A DNA stretch of 53,573 nt. Origin: Octopus sinensis (Eukaryota). This document shows, piece by piece, positions 12,311 to 25,199 of the stretch. Position numbers and translations under genes: made by a program. The stretch lies in NCBI RefSeq assembly GCF_006345805.1, contig NW_021834993.1:1-53573 (forward strand), written 5' to 3'. Numbering within the stretch: the stretch's first letter is position 1; each line of letters begins with the position of its first letter. The notes beneath the pieces are model-generated. The model worked only from the letters and a program-made list of their open reading frames with translations, did not search any database and was not told where the DNA came from.

Positions 12311-12720
12311 AGGTTAAGAAACAGAGCGCAACCTTTAAGCAACTCAATCAACATTGAACGACATTATCTGTGATAGAGATAATATAAGATTATCAAATTA
12401 ATATCTACAATTACTATTCTGAATCATATATTAAGTTATATAGACAACGCGCGTTTCATGACAATTTATCTATCGGTATTGCTGAAATAGAAGGTCTCGA
12501 AATTCACTACCATATCAATCCGACTATACTGCCAATCTTCAGGTCTGGATTATATAAACTATTTTACTATTTACATCCTATATAAAGACATGACAATGAA
12601 AATTATATAACTAGAACTCATCGAAATAATTTTTCATTACTAAGTAAGGAACAAAAATGAGGAATTAAAAATAGTAAAAATAAGAATTTTTCTCGCCTGT
12701 AAACTTGGAAATAACTTACT
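12305..12720 (-). mobile_element. Interspersed repeat with a hammerhead fold (12442-12546); second copy at ~50570-50768 (+)
   Basis: About 200 bp align with the reverse complement of 50570-50768. HHR core motifs and three stems are present. Confidence 0.7.
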
Positions 12721-12744
12721 TCCCTAATATTAATATATATATTC

Positions 12745-12791
<47 letters not shown>

Positions 12792-12792
12792 T

Positions 12793-12843
<51 letters not shown>

Positions 12844-13260
12844 TATATATATACATATATAATATAATATATTATGCATGTAAAACACGCTTATATATAC
12901 AGTACATCTAATATATATGCAGCATATAATAGTATATAATACATATTACTTTTATTCTCCATAAAACACACACACACAAACATATATATATATATACATA
13001 TATCGTAGTAAATATACGTGTCTACGGCCTGTAGTATAATATGTAAATATACAAAATAGATTATATATCACATTCTATATATTGAACACTATATATATAT
13101 ATATATCTGAGTAGTTGAATGAATTATCTTATTAAGGATAATTCGAAAGATAACCGAACCTGGGTAGCAAATTCACATCAGAAAGAACACGGTTGAAGCT
13201 ACGTCCCTAGGGCATAGACTACGTGTCTTCGTGCGGAAATTTGTATGTTTATTTTACAAT

Positions 13261-13539
13261 TATAAGTATATGAAAGAATGGAGTTGAACGACTAGTTAAC
13301 AAATATCCTTTATTCTCGACATATGTTTCGAAGGCTGCATATTCCTAACTCCTTGAGAGCGGTCAGCTAAAAGTTTTTTGTTCATTTTGATGTCGACATA
13401 AGTTTCTTGATTTTCCTGATGAAAAATCTGCATAATGTACTCCTTATTCCTTCGGAATTAGGAATATGAAGCCTTCGAAACATATGTCGAGAAAAAAGGA
13501 TATTTGTTAACTAGTCGTTCAACTCCATTCTTTCATATA

Positions 13540-13545
<6 letters not shown>
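13261..13545. repeat. Inverted repeat, ~92-bp arms with ~100-bp spacer, carrying HHR-like halves
   Basis: 13261-13352 is the near reverse complement of 13454-13545. Confidence 0.9.
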
Positions 13546-13583
<38 letters not shown>

Positions 13584-13732
13584 ATATACGTATACACTTA
13601 TATAATAAACAAAAGCTATAGCTATATATATAGATATATATATATATATTATATACATACATACATACATATATATAATATTTTTATTTTGTATGTTAGA
13701 TATCCGTAGAATGTACATGATATATTAGTGTG

Positions 13733-14585
13733 TGTTAGTTAGTTAGTTAATTTGGCTCAAAAGCAAATAGCAAGGCCATGTAGGGGGACATGGAGTTAAG
13801 TACAGGGTGGTGTTCATGTAAAGAGTTCAGGCCACTTGAGGTCCAGGGAGGCTTTGAACAAAGCGGTCGTCGGCATCTTCACCATCTCGTCTGGCAGCTT
13901 GTTCCACGGATCCGCAACCCGGACGGAGAAAGCTCCTCTCCTTCGATTGAGATGAAATCGTCGCAGGTAGAGCTTTTCAGAATGACCCTGCAGCCGACGC
14001 TCTGGAGCAGGAGTGAAGAACAGCTCTTTCGAGAGGTTACACTTTCCGCTTATGATGTTGTGGGCGAGAATGAGATCACCACGGCGGCGGCGTTTTTCAA
14101 GAGATGAAGGTCGAGCGTCCTCAGCCTTTCTTCGTAGGACAAATTTTTGAGACCATGAACCATGCGGTAGCCAGCTTCTGGACTCTTTCGAGATGCTGTA
14201 TGTCTTTGAGGAGATAAGGAGAAGAGGCTTGAATCCCATACTCCAATTGGGTCTCACCAGCGTGACATAGAGTGGTAGGAATATGGCTGCTGTGAGCATT
14301 CGAATGACCGTCGAATCAAGAACAGAATTCCGTGCGCTTTGTTGGCAGCATGGACGCACTGGGCCGAAGGGGAAAAGGAGGAATCCACCAAGATACCTAG
14401 GTCCTTTACCTGATCGGTCCTCTCCAGCAGCAGACGACCCGGCTCGAAATCAAGTTGAGTTGCAGGAGTAGAGCCGACAGGCAGATGACAGCACTTTGAC
14501 ACGTTCAGACACAGGTCCCAATCGTTAGACCACTTCCAAATTTGGTGGAGGCATCGACGAAGATCCTCTATATTACCGCGAGGAA
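13733..14585 (-). mobile_element. CR1-clade LINE, 5'-truncated 3' fragment with (TAAC)n tail
   Basis: Peptides KDLGILVD, LYVTLVRP, SLEKRRRRGDLI, FSVRVADPWNKLP are typical of the CR1 ORF2 C-terminus. Confidence 0.9.
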
Positions 14586-15230
14586 TATAATGTGAGTGTG
14601 TGTGTGTGTGGGCGGTATGTATGTGTACGTGTGTATGTGTACGTGTGTATGTGAATGTGTGTATGTGACTGTGTGGCATGTATTCATCGACAGTGAGTGA
14701 AGAAGAAAATGTCAGATTGCAACCAGATGAGTTTCTAATTATATGAATTTGTATAATTTTGCAAACATAGAACAGTCTCCTTCATGACATTATTGCATTA
14801 ACAATTCTGCGAATTCTTACTATAAAACGTTAATAATAAGCGCCACCAATATCCACTTCGACCAGAAGAGACGACCAACGATGAACGTAGAAACTCAGTA
14901 GATGAACCTGAACATGCTTTTGTTCCAAACTCAATATAAAAAATCAACAAAGAACAGACGGAGAAATCTTCAACAAGCGGCAAAAATGTATCCTGTATTT
15001 ATAAATATAACTTTAGCCAGGTTCACAAATCTATCAATTTGATTTATGTATTATTATTATCATTATTTGATGAAAACTCTCAGCTTATTTTGCTGGGTGT
15101 GATAAAAAGTGTCAAATGTCCACAGCCCGGAGGCTAAGAGGACACTTGTTTACTAGTCATGCTTCAAGAAATCTACGAAGAATTCTTGCAGTTCCAAGCA
15201 ATTGTTATTATTATTATTATTATATTATTA

Positions 15231-15277
<47 letters not shown>

Positions 15278-15341
15278 GTTTTTTTCTCTTCTTTCTTCAA
15301 ATTTTCTTCTGTTTCTCTCCGAGTGTTTTCCTTACACTTAG

Positions 15342-15392
15342 GGCAGAGAAGCTCATTGTATGCATTCCCAGATTACATACGCAAATTCGCAG
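15342..15392 (+). CDS. Candidate small exon (51 nt, phase 1-1; QRSSLYAFPDYIRKFA)
   Basis: Long pyrimidine tract ending CCTTACACTTAG|, donor CAG|GTAAAA, in frame with the 11449 candidate. Confidence 0.35.
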
Positions 15393-15489
15393 GTAAAATA
15401 TGTATTTAAAAAATTAATAAATTCAATAATGGATGTTGTTTTCACAGCGATAATGCTCTTCTCAGTACATGAGTTGTTCCAGTTAACAT

Positions 15490-15685
15490 GATTTATTATT
15501 ATTATCATTCTTCTTCTTCTTCTTTCTTCTCTTCTTCTTCTTCTCTTCGTCTTCTTCTTCTTCTTCTTCTTCTTTTGTTCTTCTTCTTCTTCTCTTTTCT
15601 TCTTCTTCTTCTTCTTCTTCTTCTTCTTCTTCTTCTTCTTCTTCTTCTTCTTCTTCTTCTTCTTCTTCTTCTTCTTTTTTTTTTT
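15490..15685. repeat. (CTT)n microsatellite
   Basis: Direct reading. Confidence 0.95.
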
Positions 15686-15714
15686 TATCGTAATTCACTT
15701 AATCGCTTCTGATT

Positions 15715-16140
15715 TATCTATGTCTATGTCCTGTCTCAGCTCTTCGCACCTCAGAGATGCAACACTTTGATCAACGTATGAACTCTTCCAAGTATTGCTG
15801 CCGTCTGAATACTCCCTAAAACGTTTGTTTTTTGCAACTTTTGATGCCAGGATGGTCCCAAGTGCACTGATCACAATAATTGCTGCACCCTCTTCTGAGG
15901 CTCGAGGAATTCTTTTCGTTTTATACCCTCTTTCGGTTTGTATTCTAGCATTGTCGTTTTGGAGGACTGGAATTCCTATTCCCCCAGAATAGTTTTAGAC
16001 TTCTTCATGTATACGCAAAGCCAAAATTCTTGTAAAAATTTAAGTTAATTGTTGCAGCACAATCTTCAAGCCAGCACCTTTTGTATTCACTCTGTGGAGT
16101 TAACTGTGAACAATCTGTCACAGAATAAGCTATAATCTCA
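15715..16140 (-). pseudogene. Highly decayed RLE-type LINE C-terminal fragment
   Basis: Minus-strand peptides VTDCSQLTPQSEYKR and IIVISALGTI resemble the post-zinc-knuckle and terminal motifs of the other RLE copies. Confidence 0.5.
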
Positions 16141-16149
16141 TCGCCATGA

Positions 16150-16150
16150 G

Positions 16151-16203
<53 letters not shown>

Positions 16204-16267
16204 AATGATAATAATAATAATAATGATGATGATAATAATATTAATAATAATAATAATAATAATAGTA

Positions 16268-16300
<33 letters not shown>

Positions 16301-16428
16301 CTAATGATAATAATAATAGTATAATATAATAATAATAATAATAATAATATAATAATAATAATAATAATAATATTGATATAATAAGAAGATGATGATGATA
16401 ATAATATTAATAATAATAATAATAATAG

Positions 16429-16462
<34 letters not shown>

Positions 16463-16483
16463 GATAATGATATATAATAGTAA

Positions 16484-16520
<37 letters not shown>

Positions 16521-16674
16521 TAATAATGATAATGATAATAATAATAGTAATAATAATAATAATGATAATGATAATAATGATAATAATAATAATGATGATG
16601 ATAATAATATTAATAATAATAATAATAATAATGATGATGATGATAATAATAATAATAATAATAATGATAATTCT

Positions 16675-16718
<44 letters not shown>

Positions 16719-16749
16719 TAAAAATAATAATGATGATAATTATAATAAA

Positions 16750-16796
<47 letters not shown>

Positions 16797-16852
16797 TAAT
16801 AATAATGATAATACTAATAATAATGATAATAATAATGATAATAATAATAATA

Positions 16853-16887
<35 letters not shown>

Positions 16888-16938
16888 AATAATAATAATA
16901 ATAATGATGATGATGATGATGATGATGATGATATGATG

Positions 16939-16980
<42 letters not shown>

Positions 16981-16993
16981 TAATAATAATAAT
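16150..16993. repeat. ~840-bp (TAA)n/(TGA)n array
   Basis: Direct reading. Confidence 0.95.
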
Positions 16994-16995
16994 CT

Positions 16996-18073
16996 GGAAG
17001 GTGGTAGAGGCCTTATACAGCTAGTAAACTATTACAAAATTACCATCATAGGACTACAGAAATACCTACTTCAGAAGTAAGAAAAACTATTACAAATAAC
17101 CACAAAACATGAATAAAAGAAAAAAAAACTGTTTTCAGTTTTTAAGGAAGCTGACAAATAGAAAAAAGAAGTCATAGTACTTAACGACTATGAAGAAAAA
17201 GAAGAAACAACAAAAGCTGTAAAAAAAACTGAAATCGAAACTAAAACTGGGACAGCAAGCATCATGATAAAACGATGGCAAGAAAAGCCCCTTCATGGCA
17301 AATATTGGGTTAAACTAAACAGAAAGGAAATAGACAAAGCAAAATCCCGAGAATGGCTGAGAAGCTCAGAACTTAAAGCAGAGACTGAAAGATTTTTAAT
17401 TGCAGCGCAAGACCAAAGCCTTCCCGCCAGAAATTACCAAAAACGTAATGAAAAGAAACATAACAAGTAACTTCAGAATATGTGGAGTTGGACAAGAAAG
17501 AATAAATCATATTGTCTCTGGCTGCCTATTCCTGGCTAAGAAGGAATATATTCACAGACTACATATACTGGAAGCAACGCCAACACTATGGAATAACAAC
17601 AGAAAAAAGATGGCATAGGCATACTCCAGAAAAGGTAACAGTAAATGAAAAAGCAACCATACTATGGGATATGCCAATACACACAGATAGAGAAATTAAG
17701 GCCAATAGTTGTCTAATCGATGTATCAATACCAACAGATGACAATGTCTCTCTAAAAGACATTTTCAAAATATAGAGAGCTGGAAATAGAGGTAACGCGA
17801 ATGTGGAGTCTAAAAACAGAAACAATTCCTATCATAGTAGGCGCATTAGGTATGATAAAAAATATTCAGACAAATACATAATAAAAACACCAGGGCTAAC
17901 AAGTATATATAACATACAGAAAATAGCACTACTAGGCTCCGCACACATCTTATGTAAAACACTTTCAATACAGTGAAAATAAGAGCATCACAACAAACCA
18001 CAGCACATACCCAAGGCACACAGCGCTGCGATCGGTAGTGAAGTGAAAGCACGTGAAAAAATTAAGATTACTC
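16996..18073 (+). mobile_element. R4/Dong-type RLE LINE, 5'-truncated copy A (same family as 50946-52771)
   Basis: GGRGL, WQEKPLHGKYW, AAQDQSLP, RICGVGQERINHIVSGC, LWDMPIHTD, LIDVSIP; 3' UTR shared with the 52.7-kb copy; (TAA)n on both sides. Confidence 0.9.
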
Positions 18074-18134
<61 letters not shown>

Positions 18135-18207
18135 TTAATAACAATAATAATAATAATAATAATAATAAAATATAATAATAATAATAAATAATAATAATAA
18201 TAATGAT

Positions 18208-18740
18208 AAATTCCCTGATGCAGTACCAGGCTTCTGATCTTAACTGATTGGAAGTGTTATCATGTACATGTTTTGTTATGGTATACAGCAAATATTCTGC
18301 TCTGTACCACAGATTTGCTTGTCAGTTACTTGACCTTAACCAGTTGAGCATGTTTCTTGGTGACTGATGATTTGTGCATCTCTGATGACGAGCAGAAGTA
18401 GTTGGGGAGTATCATAACCATGTGTTGAGAGGGATTCTTTGGGGTTTGGATAATTCACTTCTGGAAACATGGGTGTTTCATTCTGCATCATTAAACTATC
18501 CTTATTCAGGGACCTTTTGAGCGGGATGGGCTACTCAACCTGCAAAAAAATTCTAACTGGGCCCCACCTGCAAGGTCATGATCTGTTTATCCTGACATGA
18601 GATCACCATATCGCGTACATATGGTTGTGATGCACGCACTTGGTGTACCCTTATTAGACGGGTAGTCATGATTATTATACTGGACTTCGTAAATTTGTAC
18701 CCCAGTATCACTTTGATGGCATGCACTACTCTCTCACTCA
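18208..18740. mobile_element. Non-coding interspersed repeat flanked by (TAA)n
   Basis: No ORF. Its right end TCACTTTGATGGCATGCACT.CTCTCTCACTC-(AAT)n recurs at 45073-45105. Confidence 0.65.
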
Positions 18741-18761
18741 ATAATAATAATAATAATAATA

Positions 18762-18870
<109 letters not shown>

Positions 18871-18885
18871 CCTTTCTTTAATAAT

Positions 18886-19420
18886 AATGGAATTTGGTCT
18901 TGATAAATGTGCCAAGGTCACTTTCCAGAAAGGGAAATGGAAGACCTTACATTCAGTGGTGTTGGATGTTGACACAGTTATAGAACTTGAGCAGGAACAA
19001 ACTTACAAATACCTCAAAATAAACGAGGGCTCTGGCATTCAACATGCAAACATGAAAGAGAAGATCAGAAAGGAATGTCACAGGAAAGTTAGAGCAGTCC
19101 TAAAATGTGAGTTAAATGCACGTAACAAGGTATTCGCCGTAAATTCCTTAGCAGTTCCAGTTGTTATTTGGAATATGAGTGAAATAAGGAAGATTGACAG
19201 GAAAACCCGTAAGCTGCTGACTTGCAATAAGATGAACCACCCAAAGGCAGACGTAGATCGCCTTTGCTTTCTCAGAGCCCAAAGAGGTCGAGGCTTGAAA
19301 TCTCTTATAAAACTACCATAATTGGACGGGCTAAATATCTTGAAACATCTAGCGACTGGATGTTAAAACTCGTTGAGAACCACGAGGGACGTAAGAAGCT
19401 TCAGATATTATGAAGGAGAG
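18886..19420 (+). mobile_element. R4/Dong-type LINE fragment B (post-RT region)
   Basis: EFGLDKCAKV, YKYLKINE, NHPKADVDRL, RGRGL. Confidence 0.85.
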
Positions 19421-19544
19421 CAAAAAAATTTGTTTCGTTTTTCTCTTTCTTTCTTCCCTATTTTTTCTATCACATGACTTTGTAAATGGACAACTACAGT
19501 GAGTTTATTTGCTCTAGGTGTCGAGAAGACACTGGCCAGGAAAT

Positions 19545-21250
19545 GGAAGCAAAATTGAAAGAGGATGATGATGATGATGAAGAGCTAGAAGGGCTGCTAA
19601 CAACTGTTAAAGAGTTTAACAATGATACCGGAATGGATTTTGGCCTTGATAAGTGTGCTAAAGCAACTTTTGTAAGAGGCAAGCTCAGGCAAACAGATTC
19701 TGTTAAATTAGATATTGACACTACCATCAAGGAACTTGACCCACAAGAAAGTTACAAATACCTAGGAATCAACGAAGGAGATGGTATACATCATGCTACT
19801 ATGAAGGAAAAAATAAGAAAGGAATACTATAGGAGAATAAGGCTTGTACTGAAGACTGAACTCAACTCTAAAAATTGCATTGAGGCCATTAACACCCTGG
19901 CACTTCCAGTAGTCCAGTACAGTTTTAACATCATTAACTGGAACCTTACGGAACTCCAACGCTTGGACAGGAAGACAAGAAAATTACTGACATTCAAGAA
20001 CATGCACCACCCTAAGGCAGATGTAGACCGCATGTACCTACCTAGAAGCAGCGGGGGGAGAGGAATGATGCAATTAGAGCTGTGCTATAAGACCTCCACT
20101 GTAGGAATGAACAGGTACCTATCTAGTACAAAGGACTGGATGCTGCGACTTGTGTGCGAACACGAAAGCAGCAAAAAACTGCATTCTATTGTCAAGGAAG
20201 CTTATATGTTCGAAAGGGAACTAGACATTAACCTTGAATCAGATGAAGAGCCGGAAACTACTACTACCAAGCAAGCAAAGCGAATCAAGCAAACTGCAAA
20301 AAAGAACGGGCAGAATCAAATTGAGAGGCGGTGGAGCCAGAAGCCCCTGCATGGACAATATATTCTCCGAAGCCAAAATGCTGATGTAGACCAAGCAACA
20401 ACCCATCAGTGGCTGAAGAGTTCAGGATTGAAAGCAGAAACTGAAGGCTTCATACTGACAGCACAAGATCAAATTTGTTTACCAGAAATTACCAACTTGC
20501 GTTCTCCGAAACGGTACTGACCCTAAATGCAGATTCTGCGACACATTTGACGAAACAATAGACCATCTCGTTTCCGGATGTCCTGTGCTGACACCAAACG
20601 AATACAAAAATCGCCACGATAGGGTAGGACAGTATATACATTGGAAGATATGTAAACACTACAAATCCGACACTCCTGCTAACTGGTATGAACATCATCC
20701 TCAGCCAGTTGTTGAAGGTAAAAATGTCACCATCCTCTGGGATTTTCCAGTCAACACTGACAGAACGATCAAGGCTAATCGACCAGACATAATTGTTAAA
20801 GGCAGGGAAGAAAATACCTGCAGACTAATAGAGGTAAGCGTCCCCACTGATAACAATATATCTGTAAAGGAATTCGACAAACTTAGTAAATATAAGGACC
20901 TGGAAATCGAAATACAAAAGACGTGGAATCTTAAAACAAAAACTGTTCCTGTTATTGTAGGTGCCCTAGGTATGATAAAAAAGGGATGTCAGAAACACCT
21001 AGACAATATCCCTGGAGAACCATGTCTCAAGGAAATCCAAAAGATTGTGCTAACAAGTACTGCCAACATCCTTAGAAAAACCCTATCAATGTAAATGTTT
21101 GTGTTGTATTACATGGAGATATTTCTCTACTTCCCCTCACCAAGCTTTCAGCTATATTTCAACAACTCTTAACCTTCATTTGCCCTAGGGCGCTGGGTGT
21201 GCCCCGGCAGGTGATTGCATCAAACATCCAGATTAAAAGTAAATGGCAAG
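19545..21250 (+). mobile_element. R4/Dong-type LINE copy C, 5'-truncated, RT thumb to RLE domain, frameshifted
   Basis: FGLDKCAK, MHHPKADVDRMYLPRSSGGRG, CRFCDTFDETIDHLVSGC (zinc knuckle), RPDII..LIEVSVP (RLE), 3' UTR then (TAA)n. Confidence 0.92.
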
Positions 21251-21251
21251 G

Positions 21252-21310
<59 letters not shown>

Positions 21311-21312
<2 letters not shown>

Positions 21313-21842
21313 GTCCTAATTGACATAAATTTGTCTGTGAAGACCTACCAAAAAATGAGCAAGTATAAAGATCTCGAAATGTGGAACCTCAAGACAAAAA
21401 CATTACCTGTTTTAGGTGCTCTAGGAATGATAGCAAATGGGGTTGATTGCTACCTATCCCAGATACCAGGAAACTCTAAAATGAAAGAAATTAAAAGAAT
21501 AGTGCTCATATCCTATGTAAAATATTGGCTTTATAATCCCAAAAACATTTTGATCGCTTTAACATTGTTAAAAGTACTTTTAAATGTACAAAACAGCGAA
21601 GACCTTTTACTGTCGTCTTAACATCACACTATCATCTTATAATCAAATTCACTTTAAAACAAACTTCTAATTTTCTTAAGTTTCGACATTCTGTAGAACA
21701 ATACTCAGTGCAAAACCAAAAATATGGCACCCTAGTCATAACACCAACTTGAACTTCTAAGGAATTCTAACTTGTTGTCTCTTGAGGTCTCTGGATGAGA
21801 CTTGGAGTCAACTTGTAGAAATACAAAGCAAAAGCCAAACAT

Positions 21843-21848
<6 letters not shown>
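21311..21848 (+). mobile_element. R4/Dong-type LINE terminal fragment D with 3' UTR
   Basis: SKYKDLE..WNLKTKTLPVLGALG. The 3' segment recurs at ~44235-44355. (TAA)n on both sides. Confidence 0.75.
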
Positions 21849-21919
<71 letters not shown>

Positions 21920-22084
21920 TCTTTCTACTATAGGCACAATTTTGAGAGGAAGGAACGATTCGATACTACCGGCCATACAACAACAAAAATAGTAACTAGC
22001 TGGACTCGTGAAAAATTCACGAAACCATAAAATATGTAAGCATCTGTAAACAGTGTAGTGGTGCCATGAGAAATGTTTGTATAT

Positions 22085-22240
22085 TATGACCGCCTGTCTT
22101 TACGTTCTGAGTCCAAATTCTACCGAAGTCGACTTGCCTTTCGTCCTGTCGGGGGTCGATAAATTAAGTACCAGTTGTGTACTGGGGACAATCTAATCAA
22201 ATGTCCCCCCCACTCCCCACAAAAATTTCAGGCCTAGAAA
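22085..22240 (+). mobile_element. Family B SINE, partial
   Basis: TTACGTTCTGAGTCCAAATTC...GGGGTCGATAAATTAAGTACCAG. Confidence 0.75.
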
Positions 22241-22276
22241 AGTATATTGTGACAGTTACAGAATATAGAAAGTAAT

Positions 22277-22419
22277 CTTTTCTACTCTAGGCATAAGGCC
22301 TGAAATTTTGGGGGAGGGGGGCCAGTCGATTAGATCGACCCCAGTACGCAACTGGTACTTAATTTATCGACTCCGAAAGGCTGGAAGGCAAAGTCGACCT
22401 CAGCGTAGTTTGAACTCAG
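22277..22419 (-). mobile_element. 5'-truncated family B SINE with a 17-bp target-site duplication
   Basis: AGAATATAGAAAGTAAT at 22260-22276 and again at 22420-22436. Confidence 0.9.
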
Positions 22420-22579
22420 AGAATATAGAAAGTAATGTAACACCAATGACTATATAATCCAACCAAAATATCTCAGTTACACAAACATAAACGGAATTAC
22501 TATTTAATCTTAGAATACATCGCACATATTCAAAGAACCTTCTTGGTTTAGTGGTACGGAACGTTTTTCTGCTATTCTT

Positions 22580-22745
22580 TTATTCATTTACTTGGTTCAG
22601 TCATTTGACGGTGGCCATGCTGGGACACCACACTTTAGTCGAAGAAATTGACCCCTGGACATATTCCCTGTAAGCCTGGTGTTTATTCTATCTGTCTCTT
22701 CTGCTGAACAGCTAAATTACAGGGACGCAAACGCACCAACATCGA
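22580..22745 (-). mobile_element. Family A SINE 3' half
   Basis: CAGTCATTTGACGGTGGCCATGCTGG...GCTAAATTACAGGGACGCAAAC. Confidence 0.7.
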
Positions 22746-23767
22746 AACTATAATAATAATAATAATGAGACTTTCTAAGATAGGCCCAATTCCAAAATTT
22801 TTTGGGTGAGAAGCTGTTGTCAATGACGGGCCTCAGTACTTGACTGACAGCCTACATATGACTTCGGAAGTATTAAGGTGACTTTGATCTCATCAAAATT
22901 TGAACAAGTAACATGAAAAGGCAGAACGAATGCTGCAAGGGAGCTTAGTGGAATTTTTCTTGTCACAAGGAAAACGAAAGAGAACACATTACACGAGAAG
23001 GTCACAAAATAATTTCCTTTTCATTGCTACAACGGTGACAAATAAAGTGGGGATTGTTTTTACAGGTCATCGTATGAAAGAGAGGCACAAAACGAAAGTG
23101 AAAGTAGACTCAGTATACAATATTCTCTAATGTTCCTTGAACCAAAGGAGGAAATGCACACATCCAACATTAGTCTGGATATCAAGCGTAAATGCACTGA
23201 GCTAGTTTTAACTGCCATTTGCTAATTACGATGCAACATCTAGAGGTAGAAATAATTTTAGTAGCTCAAGAATGTATTTTCTAGGGTATTAATTTCTAGG
23301 GTATCTGCACATTTTGGTTTAAATTTGTCATACCCCAGCCTAAAGAACCATGTCATGCAAAGAGTGGGGCTTAGCCGTTGGGTTACAAATATTATCTGCC
23401 CTTTGGGTTAATCTATTCATTCAAACTCAAATATACCCAGATGCATCGCATCGATACACAAACGCATACGTACGCACATACGCGCACATGCACACATATA
23501 CAGGAAAGTCAGAGAGTAATGCAATGTTTAAGCTACATGTCTATACTCATACGGGTATATGCATATATGTATATATACGTATATGTACGTATATATATAT
23601 ATGTATATATATGTATATATATATATATATGTATGTATATGCATATACAAATGTGTAAATATTCATTCATACATACGTACACAAACATACACATACACAA
23701 TACACACGCACGCACGTACACATTCTTTTATTCCTTACTTGCTTATAATTATAAATACATGATACAC

Positions 23768-23801
<34 letters not shown>

Positions 23802-23888
23802 CTATATATATATATATACCGATACGAGTAAACACATAAATGTGAAACAAGGTGGAAAAAAGAGTACTCAAATACCAGTGGTAGAGTA

Positions 23889-24070
23889 ATATGCTTTATT
23901 TTAAGCAGCAGAAAATTCAACAAAATCTGTTACTCTGAGTTTCTCGTTGCCGTTCATCAGACAGTTTTTGCTAGAATTTGCTAATTCTAGCAAAAACTGT
24001 CTGATGAACGGCAACGAGAACTCAGAGTAACAGATTTGTTGAATTTTCTGCTGCTTAAAATAAAGTATAT
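23889..24070. repeat. Near-perfect palindrome (~90-bp arms, 4-nt loop) of two inverted hammerhead units
   Basis: Arms differ by two single-base homopolymer indels plus one mismatch near the outer edge; centre CTAGAATT-TGCT-AATTCTAG. Confidence 0.95.
23927..23964 (-). ncRNA. Type I hammerhead ribozyme fold
   Basis: CUGU-CUGAUGA-A CG(GCAA)CG A-GAA-ACUC(A)GAGU-A/ACAG: stems I, II and III plus GUA cleavage triplet. Confidence 0.65.
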
Positions 24071-24079
24071 ATATATATA

Positions 24080-24135
<56 letters not shown>

Positions 24136-24138
<3 letters not shown>

Positions 24139-24781
24139 TAGCATTATACCCGTCTTTGCCGGGTCATAGTGCTAGTGCATGTATATATGTGTATATATAT
24201 GTGTACATATTACATGTACATCTATATATATACATCTACACATAAAATACAAAAATTCAAGTTATATCTTGATATCGCTAGTGATAACAATACTGAAAAT
24301 ATATAACAGACTGGAATTGTAGACATATTCCATTTCTGCACGCTAGTTTTATTTTTAATTTATTCCCATTCATGTGAAACCACTTATTCAAGTTCAAATC
24401 AAATCCTTGATGCAATTTTAAACCAATTGCTATTTTTTACTTTTGTTATGCTACGATTATATCATACTTTAGTTTGGTTTTAATTATTACTTACTACATA
24501 TAATTCAATTGTTATTATTATTTTATTGTTAAAGTGAAAGTATCTGACATAAAATAGAGAAATGTTTTTATTTCACTTTTAACACGTAATACTGAAATAG
24601 TGGGGAAGATATGATATTGCTATGGGCTCGCCCTATAGGCAAGAAGTTGGACATTTTTTTTGCCCATTGAAACAACATGGACCCTAAGTAAGGCATGTGT
24701 AAAATTGAATGAAATTGGTTGTGTAGTTCTCAAGTTTTAGGAAACACACAACAGACACACATTCTCAGTTTTATATATAGA
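24136..24781 (+). mobile_element. Non-autonomous Helitron-like element
   Basis: 5' TACTAG..ACCCG/CGGG..CTAGT hairpin, and 3' GTGTAAAATTGAATGAAATTGG...ACAGACACACATTCTCAGTTTTATATATAG, the layout I recall for animal non-autonomous Helitron-like repeats. Confidence 0.5.
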
Positions 24782-24971
24782 GAGATATATAGTAAAATTA
24801 ATACATATATATTTAAAATGCATATATTTGTAGTAATATATATATATTATATACATGTATATATATATATATGTTATATATATATTTAATATATTATATA
24901 TATGATGCATATGTATATATTATATATAAAACATATATAATATATATTATATATATATATTATATATAATA

Positions 24972-25003
<32 letters not shown>

Positions 25004-25047
25004 TAGTGAATTGAAGAAATGGAGTTGAACGAAGATTGAACAGAATC

Positions 25048-25108
<61 letters not shown>

Positions 25109-25199
25109 GATATATTATATATATAATGTATATATATAATAATGAACGTATATAATACATCCTGCGTATATGTATATTATATTATATATATAATAAATG

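Noticed and set aside
14830-14990. Protein-like stretch (KRHQYPLRPEETTNDERR...)
   Set aside because: In-frame stops on both sides, no convincing acceptor, no recognisable family.
18360-18400. Two CTGATGA motifs in the TAA-flanked repeat
   Set aside because: No properly placed GAAA and no closing stems found.
19486-20520. 344-aa ORF as an intact retrotransposon or host protein
   Set aside because: It starts in unrelated sequence, lacks the YxDD catalytic motif (5' truncation at a GAT run) and frameshifts before the zinc knuckle.
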